From Planctomycetota bacterium (GTDB taxonomy: Bacteria; Planctomycetota; UBA11346), in contig JBBRLJ010000047.1 in the NCBI GenBank assembly GCA_038231435.1, forward strand, positions 1 to 39,052: DNA of 39,052 nucleotides, written 5' to 3'. Positions 37,614 through 39,052 of the stretch are shown in pieces. Made by a program: the position numbers and the translations under genes. The first letter of the stretch is position 1, and each line of letters opens with the position of its first letter. Below the pieces are notes generated by a model. That model saw only the letters and a list, made by a program, of their open reading frames with translations, was not told where the DNA came from and made no database searches.

Positions 37614-37708
37614 GACTCTTCCTCCTCGGATGGACTCAGACGATGAACGCGGTGATACCGGCCCGGTTCACCGCGCGAGGTGGCTCGCGCGGTGAAGATG
37701 GGCCAGGG

Positions 37709-38449
37709 TTACTTGGTGCGGAAGTAGTCGAGGATCTCGTTGGTGATGACCGCGGCGTCGAGGGCCGACTGGTTGACGCGATTGCGCAGCCAGAAGAAGA
37801 AGTACAAGCCGCCGATGGCGATGGTCAGACCGGTCGCGGTGCAGATCAGGGCCTCACCGATCGAGCCGGCGAGCAGGTTGGCGTCGGCGCCGCCCGGATT
37901 CGCGGCCATCGTGAGGAACGAGCTGATGATACCTGACACCGTACCGAGCAGGCCGAGCAGCGTGGCCGAGCTCGAGAACATCGAGAGCCAGCTGACCTTG
38001 CTCATGTACTTGTTGTGCTCGGACAGACCGACGTGCTCGGCGGTCTCCTTCATCACTTCGTAGCCGAGGTCGCGCTTGTCGAGCGCGGCGGCGATGATGT
38101 TGCCGAGCATGCTGTTGTCGCCGGCGACCGCGTTGCGGGCGCTCTCGACGGCTTCCTCGGTGGGGCCTTCCGCGAGGATGTTGTGCAGTTCGTCGGCCAG
38201 GCCTTCGGGGATCAGGGTCTCACGCTTGATGGTGAAGACGTACTGGAGGGCCAGCGAGTAGCACAGCACCGACAGCGCGATCAGGACGAACTCGATGATG
38301 CCCGCCTTGAAGATCAGGTCGAGCAGGCTGAGGGTGCGATGCGCCTTCGGATCGCCGCCTGCGGGAGCTGCGTCCGCCGCGGAGACCGAAGCCACCACGA
38401 TGAGGGACAGGGCGAGGATGGGTAGGGACGCGCGAATGAAACGGCGCAT
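37709..38449 (-). CDS. exbB: MotA/TolQ/ExbB proton-channel family protein
   Basis: Signal peptide, LLGLLGTVSGIISSF and LAGSIGEALICTATGLTIAI. GGAG RBS before ATG 38449. Confidence 0.92.
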   Translation of the reverse strand: MRRFIRASLPILALSLIVVASVSAADAAPAGGDPKAHRTLSLLDLIFKAGIIEFVLIALSVLCYSLALQYVFTIKRETLIPEGLADELHNILAEGPTEEAVESARNAVAGDNSMLGNIIAAALDKRDLGYEVMKETAEHVGLSEHNKYMSKVSWLSMFSSSATLLGLLGTVSGIISSFLTMAANPGGADANLLAGSIGEALICTATGLTIAIGGLYFFFWLRNRVNQSALDAAVITNEILDYFRTK

Positions 38450-39052
38450 GGGTACTCCAAGGAGGGAAAGCTGGGTGATCAGCCGGGACTGGAAAAACCT
38501 ACGGCTGGGGGCGCTGTGATGGGCCGGAGTATGGACAGGTGAGGAGAGAGCGGCAAGGCCGGCAGGTGCAACGATTGTGTCGTATGTGATACAAGCGCGC
38601 TCCTCCGTCATACACCTACCCTCCTGTGGTGCCAACGGTTGGAGTGATCGAAGGTTCATGAAGCGGTGCGGCGGGAGCCCCACGTGAGTGACTCGGCTGG
38701 CACATCTGCTACGTCCCAAGGAGGATTCCGGTCACCCCCTCCTAGCCACGCGTCGGCTGCCCCCAAAGCCCTGGCTCCCATGGTACATGCACCGGTTTCC
38801 ACTACCACGAGACCGCACCGGCGGCGGACCAACGCCAGGTCGTCCGTATTCGCACCCGGTCATGTCGGGACCACGGCCGCAGGATTCCCGTGAACCTTAT
38901 CAACGACCCTTCCGCCCCCTGTACGCGTGCCCATACGCCGATTCACCATATCGCTCGAGACCAGGGCAAAGCCCCCGACCGTCGAGCAGCGGTCCGGCGA
39001 ACCATGGACGAAGCCCATCACCCAAGATTGCTGGCCGCCCTCAGGAAAAAAA

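Overview
High-GC bacterial chromosomal segment, most likely from the PVC superphylum and probably Planctomycetota (inferred from H-X9-DG prepilin-like proteins, a MoxR/DUF58/BatA/vWA operon and an SH3-pair protein). From left to right: the left end of a probable ISL3 insertion sequence, tmRNA (ssrA), a PhyH dioxygenase/AraC divergon, an accD-phosphoserine phosphatase-EVE operon, an SH3 protein, mutS, a four-helix-bundle (IVS/Avd-like) pseudogene inside long diverged inverted arms, a DUF374 gene, tRNA-Leu(CAG), a 15 kb nine-gene operon with mostly overlapping junctions (MoxR to vWA proteins, DUF4159-like, tetraheme cytochrome c, thioredoxin, giant helical-repeat protein), two GH43 hydrolases, a BI-1-like protein, an SGNH esterase, two tandem H-X9-DG prepilin-like genes and exbB-exbD-exbD. 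The most unusual signals are non-coding or compositional: (i) a structured ~890 bp inverted-arm cassette around the four-helix-bundle gene; (ii) a family of 7-8 bp tandem repeats with a GAAG-like core at several intergenic sites; (iii) strand-symmetric cytosine depletion in the gene ends facing those sites; (iv) a dispersed hairpin repeat that starts exactly at stop codons. All family assignments come from motif recognition by eye; no database search was run.
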